Program-made: the position numbers and the translations under genes
Shown: positions 27,076 to 36,135 of the stretch, piece after piece
How the letters are laid out: the number at the start of each line of letters is the position of its first letter
Numbering within the stretch: position 1 is the first letter of the stretch
Source of the DNA: Parcubacteria group bacterium
Lineage (GTDB): Bacteria > Patescibacteriota > Minisyncoccia > Phycocordibacterales > Zambryskibacteraceae
Direction: 5' to 3'
Length of the DNA: 48,323 nt
Assembly: GCA_028286805.1 (NCBI GenBank)
Contig: JAQBQW010000019.1
Coordinates: 1-48,323 of the forward strand
The notes under the pieces: generated by a model
What the model was told of the DNA's origin: nothing
Databases searched by the model: none
What the model saw: the letters and a program-made list of their open reading frames with translations, nothing else

Positions 27076-27483
27076 ATGCGCTTCGCTCTTCGTATTTTGC
27101 TTGCCACGGTAGCTTTCCTGGCAACAGCCTGCAGGTTCGTAGATCAGCCTCCGTTGGGAACACCAGAAAACGTAGGTACCCGTAACCGTGTCTCCAGCCT
27201 CCTAAGACTGGAACGCCAGGACGGAAGAGGTGCAGGAATTTGCACGGAAGCTCTCCACACGTTCATGAACGTGAAGAACCGTGCTGCAGCGTCCTGGGGA
27301 CAAGCAAACACAACGGATATACTGCTTCTCCACGACGCTTTGGCCATGTCTGCCGGACTGGTCAGCAGATGCAGTACTGACGAGGAAACCGGAGTCAGAT
27401 TCGCAAGTGAAAACGTCGACGTCCGCCAAGTAGTGTATGTCGTGCAAGACGCCCGGGCGTTTGCCGTAGCAACAAACCAATAG
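27076..27483 (+). CDS. putative lipoprotein (GC-elevated ORFan)
   Basis: I prefer the ATG at 27076: MRFALRILLATVAFLATAC has a lipobox-like LATAC. I recognise no family. Confidence 0.45.
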   Translation: MRFALRILLATVAFLATACRFVDQPPLGTPENVGTRNRVSSLLRLERQDGRGAGICTEALHTFMNVKNRAAASWGQANTTDILLLHDALAMSAGLVSRCSTDEETGVRFASENVDVRQVVYVVQDARAFAVATNQ

Positions 27484-27573
27484 TGCTTCTCCTCGTCCCG
27501 CCTCCATGTGGGACATTTTTTATACTCCCTTACTTGCCCAAAATAGGGCTTTGTGTTAGATTATCCCCCACAT

Positions 27574-27828
27574 ATGGCAGTAAATATTGAAGTTCAAAAA
27601 GGAGCCAGCGAGAACAATCTCTCAGTCCTCCGAAGGTTCCAGAAACGCGTTCAGGGCGCAGGTGTCCTTACCCGTGTCCGTTCAAACCGCTATTCAGAAC
27701 GAGTGAAATCAGAGAACGTCAAACGAGCTAAAACCCTTGCATATTTGAAGAAAAAAGACGAAACAGCAGAACTCGTTAAACTCGGAAAGATTCAGGAAGT
27801 TTCAAAATTCGGCAAGCGCAAGCGATAA
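27574..27828 (+). CDS. rpsU: 30S ribosomal protein S21
   Basis: MAVNIEVQKGASENNLSVLRRFQKRVQGAGVLTRVRSNRYSERVKSENVKRAK fits the S21 pattern. I prefer the ATG at 27574 to the track GTG at 27553. Confidence 0.8.
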   Translation: MAVNIEVQKGASENNLSVLRRFQKRVQGAGVLTRVRSNRYSERVKSENVKRAKTLAYLKKKDETAELVKLGKIQEVSKFGKRKR

Positions 27829-27829
27829 G

Positions 27830-28219
27830 ATGGGTAAGGGTTCAACACTCTCAATAATCAATACAACAAGAGGCAAGGCTCCGTCCCTGCCTTTTGTCTT
27901 AATGAAAGATAAGAGCCTTGGAAAGAAATATGAGATGTCTCTCGTGTTTATCGGAGACCAAAGATCACGCACATTAAACAGAATCCACCGGAACAAAGAT
28001 TATCCAACAAACATTCTCTCGTTTGAACTTTCAAAAACGAGCGGGGAAATTTTTATAAACCTCGCCTTGGCCAAAAGACAGGCAAAAAAATTTGACCGTA
28101 CCTATCCAAATTTTGTCGCTTTCTTGTTTATCCACGGGCTTTTTCATTTGAAAGGAATGGATCATGGCAGTACAATGGAGAGAGCGGAAGAGAAAGTGCG
28201 AAAAGAGTTCGGTATTTAG
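27830..28219 (+). CDS. ybeY: rRNA maturation endoribonuclease YbeY
   Basis: Zinc motif HGLFHLKGMDH. Size and position after rpsU fit. Confidence 0.85.
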   Translation: MGKGSTLSIINTTRGKAPSLPFVLMKDKSLGKKYEMSLVFIGDQRSRTLNRIHRNKDYPTNILSFELSKTSGEIFINLALAKRQAKKFDRTYPNFVAFLFIHGLFHLKGMDHGSTMERAEEKVRKEFGI

Positions 28220-28243
28220 TTTTCTCTCCTCTCCTTTTATTTC

Positions 28244-29461
28244 ATGGCACGCCAGATTAAAGTCGGCATTGATATCGGCACGCATCACACGAAAGTTGTG
28301 ATCGCCGAAGAAACGCGCCTCACCTCCCCTTCTGGTTCGGTGCGCGTTACCCCAAAAGTTATCGGTACAGGCACGTCCGAATCCCGCGGAGTACACCATG
28401 GCTATATCACAAACGTAGCCGAAGTCCGAGAAAGCATCAAGCATGCCGTTAAACAAGCCGAAAAGGCCGCAGGAGTGGAAGTACGCAGGGCATTCGTATC
28501 AGTGGGAGGTCTGGGACTTTCCGGGGTCACGGCTTCGGGATCCGTTATCATTTCCAAAGCGGATCTGGAGATCACCCAGCTTGATTTAAATAAAGCGCTC
28601 GAAGCGGCCGAAGCTGCCATTCCCCATGCAGTCTCTTTGAATAAGAAGATAATCAATACCATTCCCGTTGAATATAAAGCGGATGGAAAGTTAGTCTGGG
28701 GGCAAGCACTTGGATTGAAAGCCCAGAAGGTTGAAGTGAAAGTACTATTTGTGATGTGCCTTGAACAGCATCTTCAGTCTTTGATCAAAGCGGTGGAAGA
28801 AGCGGGTATAGAAGTGATAGACGTCGTTGCTTCCCCCATTGCGGCATCGTTTGTGAACTTATCTAAAAAACAAAAGAAGGCCGGGTCTGTCTTGGCAAAC
28901 CTTGGAGCTGAAACTCTTTCAATTGTCGTCTATGAAAACGACGCTCCCATTTCTCTCGAAGTTTTTTCTCTCGGCAGCACGGATATCACAAATGATATAG
29001 CTCTCGGTTTAAAAGTTACTCTCGAAGAAGCTGAATCCATCAAACTCGGAGCGGTGACAAACGCAACGTATTCCAAAAAGAAACTTGAAGATATCGTTTC
29101 AGCGCGTCTCAGCGATTGCTTTGAACTTATCGAAAACCACTTGAAAAAGATCGGGCGCAATTCCCTCTTGCCCGCGGGTATCGTTATCTCAGGTGGAGGC
29201 TCGGGAATACACAACATCAAAGAAACGGCCGAATCCACTCTCAAGCTCCCTTCAAAAATTGCCGAAATCCATTTTGGAGACGAGGAGAAAACCAAAACCA
29301 AGGATGGCATATGGTCTGTTGCCTATGGCCTTGCCGCATATGGCTTTATTGCCGAAGACGAACGGGCTTCCATTGGCCTTAAGGGACTCGAAAAAATAGC
29401 CGAAAGAGGCAAATCCTTCTCTAAAAAGCTCGGGGACTGGGTTGGGCAATTTCTTCCTTAA
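28244..29461 (+). CDS. ftsA: cell division protein FtsA
   Basis: Actin-like ATPase start VGIDIGTHHTKVVIAE. VISGGGSGIHNI. Lies immediately upstream of ftsZ. Confidence 0.88.
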   Translation: MARQIKVGIDIGTHHTKVVIAEETRLTSPSGSVRVTPKVIGTGTSESRGVHHGYITNVAEVRESIKHAVKQAEKAAGVEVRRAFVSVGGLGLSGVTASGSVIISKADLEITQLDLNKALEAAEAAIPHAVSLNKKIINTIPVEYKADGKLVWGQALGLKAQKVEVKVLFVMCLEQHLQSLIKAVEEAGIEVIDVVASPIAASFVNLSKKQKKAGSVLANLGAETLSIVVYENDAPISLEVFSLGSTDITNDIALGLKVTLEEAESIKLGAVTNATYSKKKLEDIVSARLSDCFELIENHLKKIGRNSLLPAGIVISGGGSGIHNIKETAESTLKLPSKIAEIHFGDEEKTKTKDGIWSVAYGLAAYGFIAEDERASIGLKGLEKIAERGKSFSKKLGDWVGQFLP

Positions 29462-29568
29462 CGGAGGAATAAAACACGAAACTTATTTAGAATCTGTCAA
29501 CGGTTTCTTTTTCCCCTGGCTTTCTGTACTATAGTGGCATCTTATAAGACAGATTATCCACCCCTACC

Positions 29569-30777
29569 ATGCCACAAATCAAACCAGAAGTTGAAGCATT
29601 CGCCCGGATCAAGGTCATCGGAGTCGGCGGATCAGGAAAAAATGTCGTTAATCACATGATTAACTCCAAAGTGAAAGGGGTTGATTTCATTTCAGTAAAT
29701 ACAGACGCGCAAGATCTTCATCACTCTCTCGCAAAGAAAAAAATTCATATTGGAAAAAACTTAACTCGAGGACTCGGAGCCGGAATGAATCCGGATCTCG
29801 GTAAACGTGCGGTTGAAGAAACAAAAGAAGAAATTCAGGAAGCTATCAAAGGTGCAGATATGGTATTCATCGCCGGAGGAATGGGAGGAGGTACTGCATC
29901 TGGTGCCGCTCCGGTTATTGCTCGTACTGCGAAAGAAGCTGGTGTTCTCACCGTTGCAGTTGTAACCAAACCCTTCTTCTTCGAAGGACAGCAGAGAATG
30001 AAGATCGCCGAAGAAGCGATCAACGACCTAAAATCTGCAGTTGATGCCCTTATCATCATTCCAAACGACCGTCTTCTTCAGACTATTGAAAAAGGCACCA
30101 CCGCCAAGAACGCATTCGCTACTTGCGACAACATTTTAAAACAAGCGGTTGAAGGTATTTCAGACCTTATTACCACCCCGGGTATTATTAACATAGACTT
30201 CGCGGACATTCGAGCCGTTATGCAGGATGCCGGAGCCGCCCTCATGGGTATCGGTCTCGCTTCGGGAGAAAACCGTGCTGAAGAGGCAGCAAGACAGGCA
30301 ATCTCATCTCCTCTCCTTGAAATTAGCATCAACGGTGCAAAGGGTGTTCTCTTCTCGATTGCCGGTGGGGACGACCTCGGTATGTTTGAAATCCAGGATG
30401 CCGCTAAGATTATTACCGAATCCGTTGATCCAAACGCTCGAATTATCTTCGGAACCGTTCGAGACGAGAAACTCAAGAAGGGAGAAATCAAGATTACCGT
30501 TATCGCTTCTTCATTCCCAGAAAGCCAGCAGAAGAAAGCGGCTTCCCTCTTTGCAGGTCCGGGCGAAGAACTGACTCGAGAAAAAATCTTTAACAGTATT
30601 CCTGCTTTCACAAAATCCGAACCTCGGAATCAGGAAGAATCTTCTTCATTCTCCGTTCGAAAACCGGTCGAAACTCAGGCTCCAGTGGCTCAAACTCCCG
30701 CTGCGTCAACCGTAGACGACAATGACGATGATTGGGGTGCGGTTCCAGCTTTCCTTCGAAGATCTAAATTGAAATAA
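29569..30777 (+). CDS. ftsZ: cell division GTPase FtsZ
   Basis: IKVIGVGGSGKNVVNHM, the tubulin signature GGMGGGTASGAAPVIA, and the C-terminal peptide DDWGAVPAFLRR. Confidence 0.97.
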   Translation: MPQIKPEVEAFARIKVIGVGGSGKNVVNHMINSKVKGVDFISVNTDAQDLHHSLAKKKIHIGKNLTRGLGAGMNPDLGKRAVEETKEEIQEAIKGADMVFIAGGMGGGTASGAAPVIARTAKEAGVLTVAVVTKPFFFEGQQRMKIAEEAINDLKSAVDALIIIPNDRLLQTIEKGTTAKNAFATCDNILKQAVEGISDLITTPGIINIDFADIRAVMQDAGAALMGIGLASGENRAEEAARQAISSPLLEISINGAKGVLFSIAGGDDLGMFEIQDAAKIITESVDPNARIIFGTVRDEKLKKGEIKITVIASSFPESQQKKAASLFAGPGEELTREKIFNSIPAFTKSEPRNQEESSSFSVRKPVETQAPVAQTPAASTVDDNDDDWGAVPAFLRRSKLK

Positions 30778-30786
30778 ACTTAAAAA

Positions 30787-30806
30787 GCCCCGACAGGGGC
30801 TTTTTT
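30787..30806 (+). terminator. rho-independent terminator after ftsZ
   Basis: GCCCC (30787-30791) GACA GGGGC (30796-30800), followed by T6. Confidence 0.8.
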
Positions 30807-30840
30807 GTTTATCTCATCTTTTCTGATATCCTATATCTCT

Positions 30841-31767
30841 ATGACATACGATTTAGCAATTATTGGAGGAGGTCCAGCTGGAGTTTCTGCGGGTGTATAT
30901 GCTGCGCGAAAGAAATTAAAGACCGTTCTTATCACCGAATCTTTTGGCGGCCAATCCACCGATTCAATGGGCGTGCAAAACTGGATTGGAACCATTGAAA
31001 TCACCGGGCCAGAATTGGCCAAGCAAATGGAAGCTCATTTGCGCGCATATGCAGAAGATTCGGTCGACACAAAAACCGGACTCCCGGTAACAAAAATTTC
31101 TAAAGAAAACGGGGTGTTTGTTGTGGAAACATCCAAAGAAAAGTTTGAAGCTAAAACAGTTCTCATCACCACCGGTTCGACCCGACGAAAACTTGAGATT
31201 CCCGGCGCTAAGGAATTTGAAAACAAAGGTATTACCTATTGCGCATCTTGCGACGGTCCGTTGTTCGGAGGAAAAGATGTGGTGGTGATTGGAGGAGGAA
31301 ATGCGGGATTCGAATCTGCAGCCCAGCTTCTTGCGTATGCAAAATCCGTTACTCTCTTAAACAGATCCGATATCATCAAAGCAGATGAAATGACTGTGGA
31401 GGCAGTCTTGAAGCATTCGAATATGACCCTCATTAAAAATGCCATCCCAAAGGAAATTAAGGGGGAGAAATTTGTCGATACCGTTATCTATACGGATACT
31501 ATTACCAACGAAGACAAAGAATTAAAAGTTTCGGGAGTATTTGTGGAGATCGGGCTTGTCCCCACCACCTGGTTTGTTGAAGATTTGATTCTCCTTAACC
31601 AATACAAACAAATTCCAGTTGATCCAAAAAACCAGAAAACTTCCATTGAGGGAATCTGGGCTGCCGGAGATTGTACCGACGGCCTGTATCATCAAAACAA
31701 CATTGCATCCGGTGATGCCGTTAAAGCTCTCGAAGATATCTACATGCACGTGCATCGAACGAAGTAA
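30841..31767 (+). CDS. trxB: thioredoxin-disulfide reductase
   Basis: I prefer the ATG at 30841 (MTYDLAIIGGGPAGVSAG). Redox-active CASCDG. Second dinucleotide fold VVVIGGGNAGFESA. Confidence 0.9.
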   Translation: MTYDLAIIGGGPAGVSAGVYAARKKLKTVLITESFGGQSTDSMGVQNWIGTIEITGPELAKQMEAHLRAYAEDSVDTKTGLPVTKISKENGVFVVETSKEKFEAKTVLITTGSTRRKLEIPGAKEFENKGITYCASCDGPLFGGKDVVVIGGGNAGFESAAQLLAYAKSVTLLNRSDIIKADEMTVEAVLKHSNMTLIKNAIPKEIKGEKFVDTVIYTDTITNEDKELKVSGVFVEIGLVPTTWFVEDLILLNQYKQIPVDPKNQKTSIEGIWAAGDCTDGLYHQNNIASGDAVKALEDIYMHVHRTK

Positions 31768-31789
31768 TCAAAAAATTTGCAAAGAGAAC

Positions 31790-31818
31790 GGGCGGACGCG
31801 ATTGAATCGCGCCCGCCC
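31790..31818. terminator. GC-rich hairpin between convergent trxB and 31832-32533
   Basis: GGGCGGACGCGATT (31790-31803) pairs with AATCGCGCCCGCCC (31805-31818) with one mismatch or bulge. Confidence 0.5.
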
Positions 31819-31831
31819 TTGTTGTTGCCCA

Positions 31832-32533
31832 TCAGTGATTGATGAGCGTGTTGTTGTTCGTGTTGCGACACACGAACGCGCACACCACACCGGCGAGAAT
31901 CGCCGTCGCCAGCCCCACCTGAGTCGCCCGGTTGATCGACCTCTCTTCGGACTTCGAAGAGGAGGTGGACGACGTAGACGTCGCAAGAGGAATGGGACTC
32001 TGATGCGCCGCCAATGAATCCACGATCCGCCGAGCGAATCTGCTCTCGTAGAAGTCGGAACTGTCCGGCTTGGGTGGCTTGACCGCCGCCACCGGCGAGG
32101 GTGTTGGGGTTGGCTTCTTCGCAGGCACTTCCTCCTTGCGCACCGGTACTGACTTGTCGGAACGCGCTTTCTTTCCGGTGTCTGAGGAAATGGCTTCCAC
32201 GACCGACGCCGTACGAGTGATCGTGCGCCTCGTAACCTTCTGCGCGGTGTCGATGGCGCTCGCGAGTTGCGCAGCGTGAGCCGCCTTGAGAGCATTGGCT
32301 TCACGGATGCTGTCGCCGCGGGCGATGTTGATTCGGCGAATCTTGGCATCGGCCGTGTCGCGCTCCGCCTTGGCCGAGTCAAGTTCCGTCAACGGAACTT
32401 TGGCCGGCTTGACTGCAGAACTGTCCTTCTTCGGCTTCGTCGTGCCCGCCTGTTGTACTCCCTGCGCCCAGGCGGGCACGGAGATGATGAACAGGACGAG
32501 GAACGTCAGGACGGTCTTCCAGTTGGTTCGCAT
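31832..32533 (-). CDS. hypothetical secreted coiled-coil/Pro-Lys-rich protein with a C-terminal TM anchor (strongly GC-rich island gene)
   Basis: SD AAGGAGAG 7 nt before the ATG. Signal peptide MRTNWKTVLTFLVLFIISVPAWA. Ala/Lys/Arg-rich helical region. PAKKPTPTPSPVAAVKPPKPD. C-terminal TM GLATAILAGVVCAFV. Confidence 0.6.
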   Translation of the reverse strand: MRTNWKTVLTFLVLFIISVPAWAQGVQQAGTTKPKKDSSAVKPAKVPLTELDSAKAERDTADAKIRRINIARGDSIREANALKAAHAAQLASAIDTAQKVTRRTITRTASVVEAISSDTGKKARSDKSVPVRKEEVPAKKPTPTPSPVAAVKPPKPDSSDFYESRFARRIVDSLAAHQSPIPLATSTSSTSSSKSEERSINRATQVGLATAILAGVVCAFVCRNTNNNTLINH

Positions 32534-32613
32534 GGGATGGCTCTCCTTGAGCCGTTGTGGAGGTGATCGGAATCATCGTTGACCCGACAGGTACTACTTT
32601 TCTTCTGGAACGT

Positions 32614-32642
32614 ACTGTATCATACGTCATGAACCTTGTAAA
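32614..32642 (-). promoter_or_regulatory. sigma70-type promoter TTTACA-17-TACAGT for 31832-32533
   Basis: Minus strand: TTTACA (32642-32637), 17-nt spacer, TACAGT (32619-32614). Confidence 0.4.
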
Positions 32643-32680
32643 GGGGTTCCGAGTATATAGACGTTTGGGGGATAAAACCC

Positions 32681-33466
32681 TTACTTTAAGCCACAAATTG
32701 CCTTTAATTCTGTGATTTCTTCCGTCTTCGGTATGACATTCGTACTCTGATTAAGATAATACATGATCGAATCTGGGTTTGAATTGTGTTCGAGTCCAAG
32801 CGCATGTCCAAACTCGTGAGTGAGCACTCGTTCTAATTCCGCTTGGTTTTTGAATTCAAAAATATTAATTCTCTTGCCGTCTTGATCATAGACATACTGC
32901 CCTTCTTCAAATTCCTGTCCGGCCGTTTGGTTAACGACTTCCACATTTTTGTTTACCGTTCCAACCAATGCGTTGTATTTGTTTATAAGCATATTGATCT
33001 CCCCTGCCAAGTTATTTAATGCTACACGTTTCTTTTCAAGAACTTCATATGATATTTTTCCTTTTTTATACTGAGCAAGAAGAGTATTGTATTCCGCGTC
33101 CTTTGTTTTGTATGTGGATTCTAACGCCAGGTATTCGCTTCGAACACTCTCGGCAGATTGTTTGGTGGAGCTAATGGTGGATTTAAGAGTTTCATTCTTG
33201 TCTGCATTGGCTTGGCGTTCGTCATAGACCAAATTGAGAACAACATCTCCTTTTGGGTCATAGGCAAATAATTCTTTACCGATAACATTACTCCAAACTG
33301 TTCCGGACCGTTCTGCAACTTTGATAAGATTTTCTTTTGAAATGTTAAATCGTGGATCTATCGTTCCAAGGGTAAAAGTAATGGGTGCGGCACATGGAAT
33401 TGAAATGCGGGTATATGCATATGCGCTGAGTCCAAGAACGAGTGCGAGACCTAAGAGTTTTTTCAT
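32681..33466 (-). CDS. matrixin-like (M10) zinc metalloprotease, secreted
   Basis: HEFGHALGLEH followed by SIMYY (Met-turn). I prefer the ATG at 33464-33466 (MKKLLGLALVLGLSAYA signal peptide) to the track GTG at 33472. Confidence 0.8.
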   Translation of the reverse strand: MKKLLGLALVLGLSAYAYTRISIPCAAPITFTLGTIDPRFNISKENLIKVAERSGTVWSNVIGKELFAYDPKGDVVLNLVYDERQANADKNETLKSTISSTKQSAESVRSEYLALESTYKTKDAEYNTLLAQYKKGKISYEVLEKKRVALNNLAGEINMLINKYNALVGTVNKNVEVVNQTAGQEFEEGQYVYDQDGKRINIFEFKNQAELERVLTHEFGHALGLEHNSNPDSIMYYLNQSTNVIPKTEEITELKAICGLK

Positions 33467-33472
33467 AGACAC

Positions 33473-33478
33473 ATTATA
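33473..33478 (-). promoter_or_regulatory. -10 box TATAAT exactly 6 nt before the ATG at 33466 (leaderless-type)
   Basis: Minus strand reads ctgTATAATgtgtctATG. Confidence 0.45.
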
Positions 33479-33488
33479 CAGAAAGAGA

Positions 33489-33941
33489 CTACTTTAACTC
33501 CTCAGCCAATCCAATGAGAAGTCCCTCGGGACCTCGAATGTAGCAGAGTCGATATACGTTCTCATATTGAACTACTTCGTCAACGAGTACCGCACCGTGC
33601 TTTTGAAGACGCGCGAGCGTCTCATCAATATCGCTTACGGTGAACATGGCACGCAGGTAGCCCAGGGCATTCACCGGAGCATTGCGATGATCAGCAACTG
33701 CAGCTGGAGTGATAAATCGAGAGAGTTCGATTCTGCTGTGACCATCTGGAGTGATCATCATCGCAACCTCAACTTGCTGATTACCCAGTCCGGTAACACG
33801 TCCAGCCCATTCTCCTTCGACCATAGCTCGCCCTTCAAGTTTGAGTCCAAGTTCAGTGAAAAAAGAAACGGCTTCGTCGAGAGATTCTACGACGATACCG
33901 ATGTTGTCCATTCTAAGCAATGTAGATTGTTTTAATTTCAT
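33489..33941 (-). CDS. VOC family (glyoxalase/bleomycin-resistance fold) protein
   Basis: MDNIGIVVESLDEAVSFFTELGLKLEGR plus a second beta-alpha-beta-beta-beta half. An extended -10 (TGtTATAAT, box at 33957-33962) lies upstream. Confidence 0.7.
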   Translation of the reverse strand: MKLKQSTLLRMDNIGIVVESLDEAVSFFTELGLKLEGRAMVEGEWAGRVTGLGNQQVEVAMMITPDGHSRIELSRFITPAAVADHRNAPVNALGYLRAMFTVSDIDETLARLQKHGAVLVDEVVQYENVYRLCYIRGPEGLLIGLAEELK

Positions 33942-33972
33942 ATCAGTTACTTCCTTATTATAACAGCTCTGA

Positions 33973-33988
33973 ATACCCTACAGGGTAT
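33973..33988. repeat. 16-bp palindrome ATACCCTACAGGGTAT containing an 11-mer identical to the tRNA-Glu 3' end
   Basis: ACCCTACAGGG at 33975-33985 equals 36066-36076, which is the T-stem 3' strand plus acceptor 3' strand of tRNA-Glu. Confidence 0.5.
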
Positions 33989-34028
33989 CTTATAAAAGTT
34001 AACAAATAGGAGCTATTTTGTGTTGTGG

Positions 34029-34050
34029 CCTCATTATACAGGATTGGAAC
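34029..34050. repeat. 22-bp direct repeat copy R1 (CCTCATTATACAGGATTGGAAC)
   Basis: Identical to R2. Ends 6 nt from the stop of 34056-34829. Its right flank shares TATAG with R2. Confidence 0.9.
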
Positions 34051-34055
34051 CAAGT

Positions 34056-34829
34056 CTATAGATGAATATCTTGTTCTTGCTTTTGATTAAAAAAATAGGA
34101 TGGAAATAGCAAAAACCAAAATATAAAGAAGTAGTGCCCCAATCTAGTTATCTTCGTTTTTATTTTAAATTGTTTTGCTCGTAAAACTTCTTCAAGTTTC
34201 TTACTGAATTTAAATGGTATTACCTTGTCATTTTTTCCATACCATAAGCTAATCTTTGTTTTTATCACCGGAAAATTATTCTCTGACGCTAAAAGCTCCC
34301 ATTGTTTTTCCAGCTTTTCGAAACTTACACCTTGAGACTCAAATGATTTTCTTAAATGCTGTGTCCGACACCCGTACCACATGTCTCGTGCAAGATTCTC
34401 ACCCGGCGCAATCAATAAAATATCAGTGACGTCAGAATTATCTTTATAGGCCATTGAGCTATAGGATGAAGCGAGGCTAATCGCAACGAGAATGCATTTT
34501 TTAAAACCGTACTTCTCTTTTAATTTCTTTATATCATTTCTTACTTCTTTATTTATTTCTTCGAAGCATTCTTTAGTCAGGCTCGTAGAATCCGAAAGGA
34601 TTGAACGAGGAAATTCATAAGCTAGAAATGAACTTTGATGCTTTGTAACATAGTTTCCAACATTATTCCAAGTCCATAATTTCTGACCCCATCCGGGTAG
34701 ACCAATAACTAAAGTATCCGAATCTTTCGTATATTTCCAAACTTTCTTTGTTTTATCAAAAAGATTTTGAGTACTAAGCCCTTCCGTGTCGAGAGAAAAA
34801 GAATTAAGGCGGCTTATGAGATAGTCCAT
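34056..34829 (-). CDS. alpha/beta-hydrolase-fold protein (AT-rich cassette gene)
   Basis: Candidate nucleophile elbow VAISLAS, acid GKNDKVIP and His RLGHY. Hydrophobic C-terminal tail. GC is visibly below the backbone. Confidence 0.5.
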   Translation of the reverse strand: MDYLISRLNSFSLDTEGLSTQNLFDKTKKVWKYTKDSDTLVIGLPGWGQKLWTWNNVGNYVTKHQSSFLAYEFPRSILSDSTSLTKECFEEINKEVRNDIKKLKEKYGFKKCILVAISLASSYSSMAYKDNSDVTDILLIAPGENLARDMWYGCRTQHLRKSFESQGVSFEKLEKQWELLASENNFPVIKTKISLWYGKNDKVIPFKFSKKLEEVLRAKQFKIKTKITRLGHYFFIFWFLLFPSYFFNQKQEQDIHL

Positions 34830-34849
34830 ATTACATTCACGCTTGGGAT

Positions 34850-34871
34850 CCTCATTATACAGGATTGGAAC
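34850..34871. repeat. 22-bp direct repeat copy R2
   Basis: CCTCATTATACAGGATTGGAAC. On the minus strand its TGTATAAT lies 24 nt upstream of the ATG at 34829. Confidence 0.9.
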
Positions 34872-34974
34872 TAGGTTTATAGTTCGTTACTAAATTTTCA
34901 AGTTTTTTAACAAAAAGAAAACCCGCCGCCGATAAAGCACGGAGGTTTTCCGTACCGCTCGGGGCGAGCGGGGT

Positions 34975-35301
34975 CTAGCGTATTCTGTACGTCACCTTGA
35001 GGGTATCGTAGGGATTTCTAACATGACCCCCTCCTTCGGTGCTCATCTTCGATGCCTGGGCGTTGACGGCGACCTTGATTTCCGCCGGCGAAGATTCCTC
35101 GGGAATCTGAATCGTAGCAGAATCTCGCTCGACGGTCTCACCGATTCGATCTTTCCAAGTCAGTATGACCAGAACGTCGATCGTGGGTCCGGCCGGAACT
35201 TCTGCTACAGGCTGAGCGACCGTCTTCTTGGCGCCGAAATGAGCGCCAATGACCGGAATCGCTGCGAAGAGTCGCACTACTGACCGCAGCCAGATAGACA
35301 T
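34975..35301 (-). CDS. hypothetical 108-aa protein with a hydrophobic N-terminus (GC-rich cassette gene)
   Basis: SD AAGGAGA 7 nt before the ATG. MSIWLRSVVRLFAAIPVIGAHFGA. GC-rich codons. Bracketed by R3 and R2. Confidence 0.5.
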   Translation of the reverse strand: MSIWLRSVVRLFAAIPVIGAHFGAKKTVAQPVAEVPAGPTIDVLVILTWKDRIGETVERDSATIQIPEESSPAEIKVAVNAQASKMSTEGGGHVRNPYDTLKVTYRIR

Positions 35302-35393
35302 GAGTAGATCTCCTTCTCAAGAGAGTGTACGAATGTTGTTTAGCGTGCCTATTAAAATAGTATCATACTTTTATTTAAATGTCAAGTATTGAC

Positions 35394-35415
35394 CCTAATT
35401 ATACAGGATTGGAAC
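35394..35415. repeat. 22-bp direct repeat copy R3 (one mismatch)
   Basis: CCTAATTATACAGGATTGGAAC. Starts 17 nt past the stop of 35432-36043. The flank TGACCCTA resembles the tRNA-Glu end TGACCCTA at 36064-36071. Confidence 0.9.
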
Positions 35416-35431
35416 CATTTGGCCTTACAGC

Positions 35432-36043
35432 TTAGAACTTTTTCGCTATAACCTCTACCCAATTCGTATTACCCGCTTTAGAGATATTGGTCCAGAGTAT
35501 CTCCATGTTGTGACTTTCTAGATACCCCTTCATTTCATCTAGAGTAAAGTAACTAAAAAATCTCTCATATTCATATCCATAGTCATTTTCTTTAAGAATT
35601 TCGTTATTAACCTGGTTATCTTTCATTTCTTTTACACCCAAGTAAATAAGTCCGTCTTGATTTAGAGTGTCTCGTAAATTTTTTAAAACATCCATTATCC
35701 TCTCTTTTGGGATATGAAGTAACACAGCTTGAGCAAAGACAGCGTCAAATGTTTGATCCAACGAATTAGGTTCGTATATATCTTTTACAAAAAATTCAAC
35801 ATTTGGTACTTCTCTTTTAGCTACTTCAATCATACCTTCTGAAAAGTCTGTACCGATTACTTTGAAACCTTTATCAGCAAGATATTTAGACTTAATTCCA
35901 GCTCCACATCCGACATCTAAAATTGATACTCCTGGAGATAAAAAAGAAGTAAATTTATCAGCTCCCGTTTTCCACCATATGTCTTCTTTGTGATCTTGAA
36001 ACCAATCTTCCGCTATTTTGTTGTATGTTGATTTGAGATCCAT
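35432..36043 (-). CDS. class I SAM-dependent methyltransferase (AT-rich cassette gene)
   Basis: Motif I ILDVGCGAGIKSKYLADKG, and post-I GTDFSEGMIEVAK. Confidence 0.75.
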   Translation of the reverse strand: MDLKSTYNKIAEDWFQDHKEDIWWKTGADKFTSFLSPGVSILDVGCGAGIKSKYLADKGFKVIGTDFSEGMIEVAKREVPNVEFFVKDIYEPNSLDQTFDAVFAQAVLLHIPKERIMDVLKNLRDTLNQDGLIYLGVKEMKDNQVNNEILKENDYGYEYERFFSYFTLDEMKGYLESHNMEILWTNISKAGNTNWVEVIAKKF

Positions 36044-36063
36044 AAATTTGAATTGTAAATTTG

Positions 36064-36135
36064 TGACCCTACAGGGAGTCGAACCCTGCTTTAATCCTTG
36101 AAAAGGATTCGTCCTAACCGATAGACGATAGGGCC
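36064..36135 (-). tRNA. tRNA-Glu (TTC)
   Basis: GGCCCTA TC GTCT ATCGGTTA GGAC G AATCC TTTTCAA GGATT AAAG CAGGG TTCGACT CCCTG TAGGGTC A. No CCA encoded. Confidence 0.9.

Noticed and set aside
31619-32696. ORFs 31619-32017 +, 31768-32382 - (204 aa, Arg-rich), 32070-32582 + and 32379-32696 -
   Set aside because: This is the same high-GC artefact. Only 31832-32533 has an SD, a promoter, a signal peptide and a sensible domain organisation.
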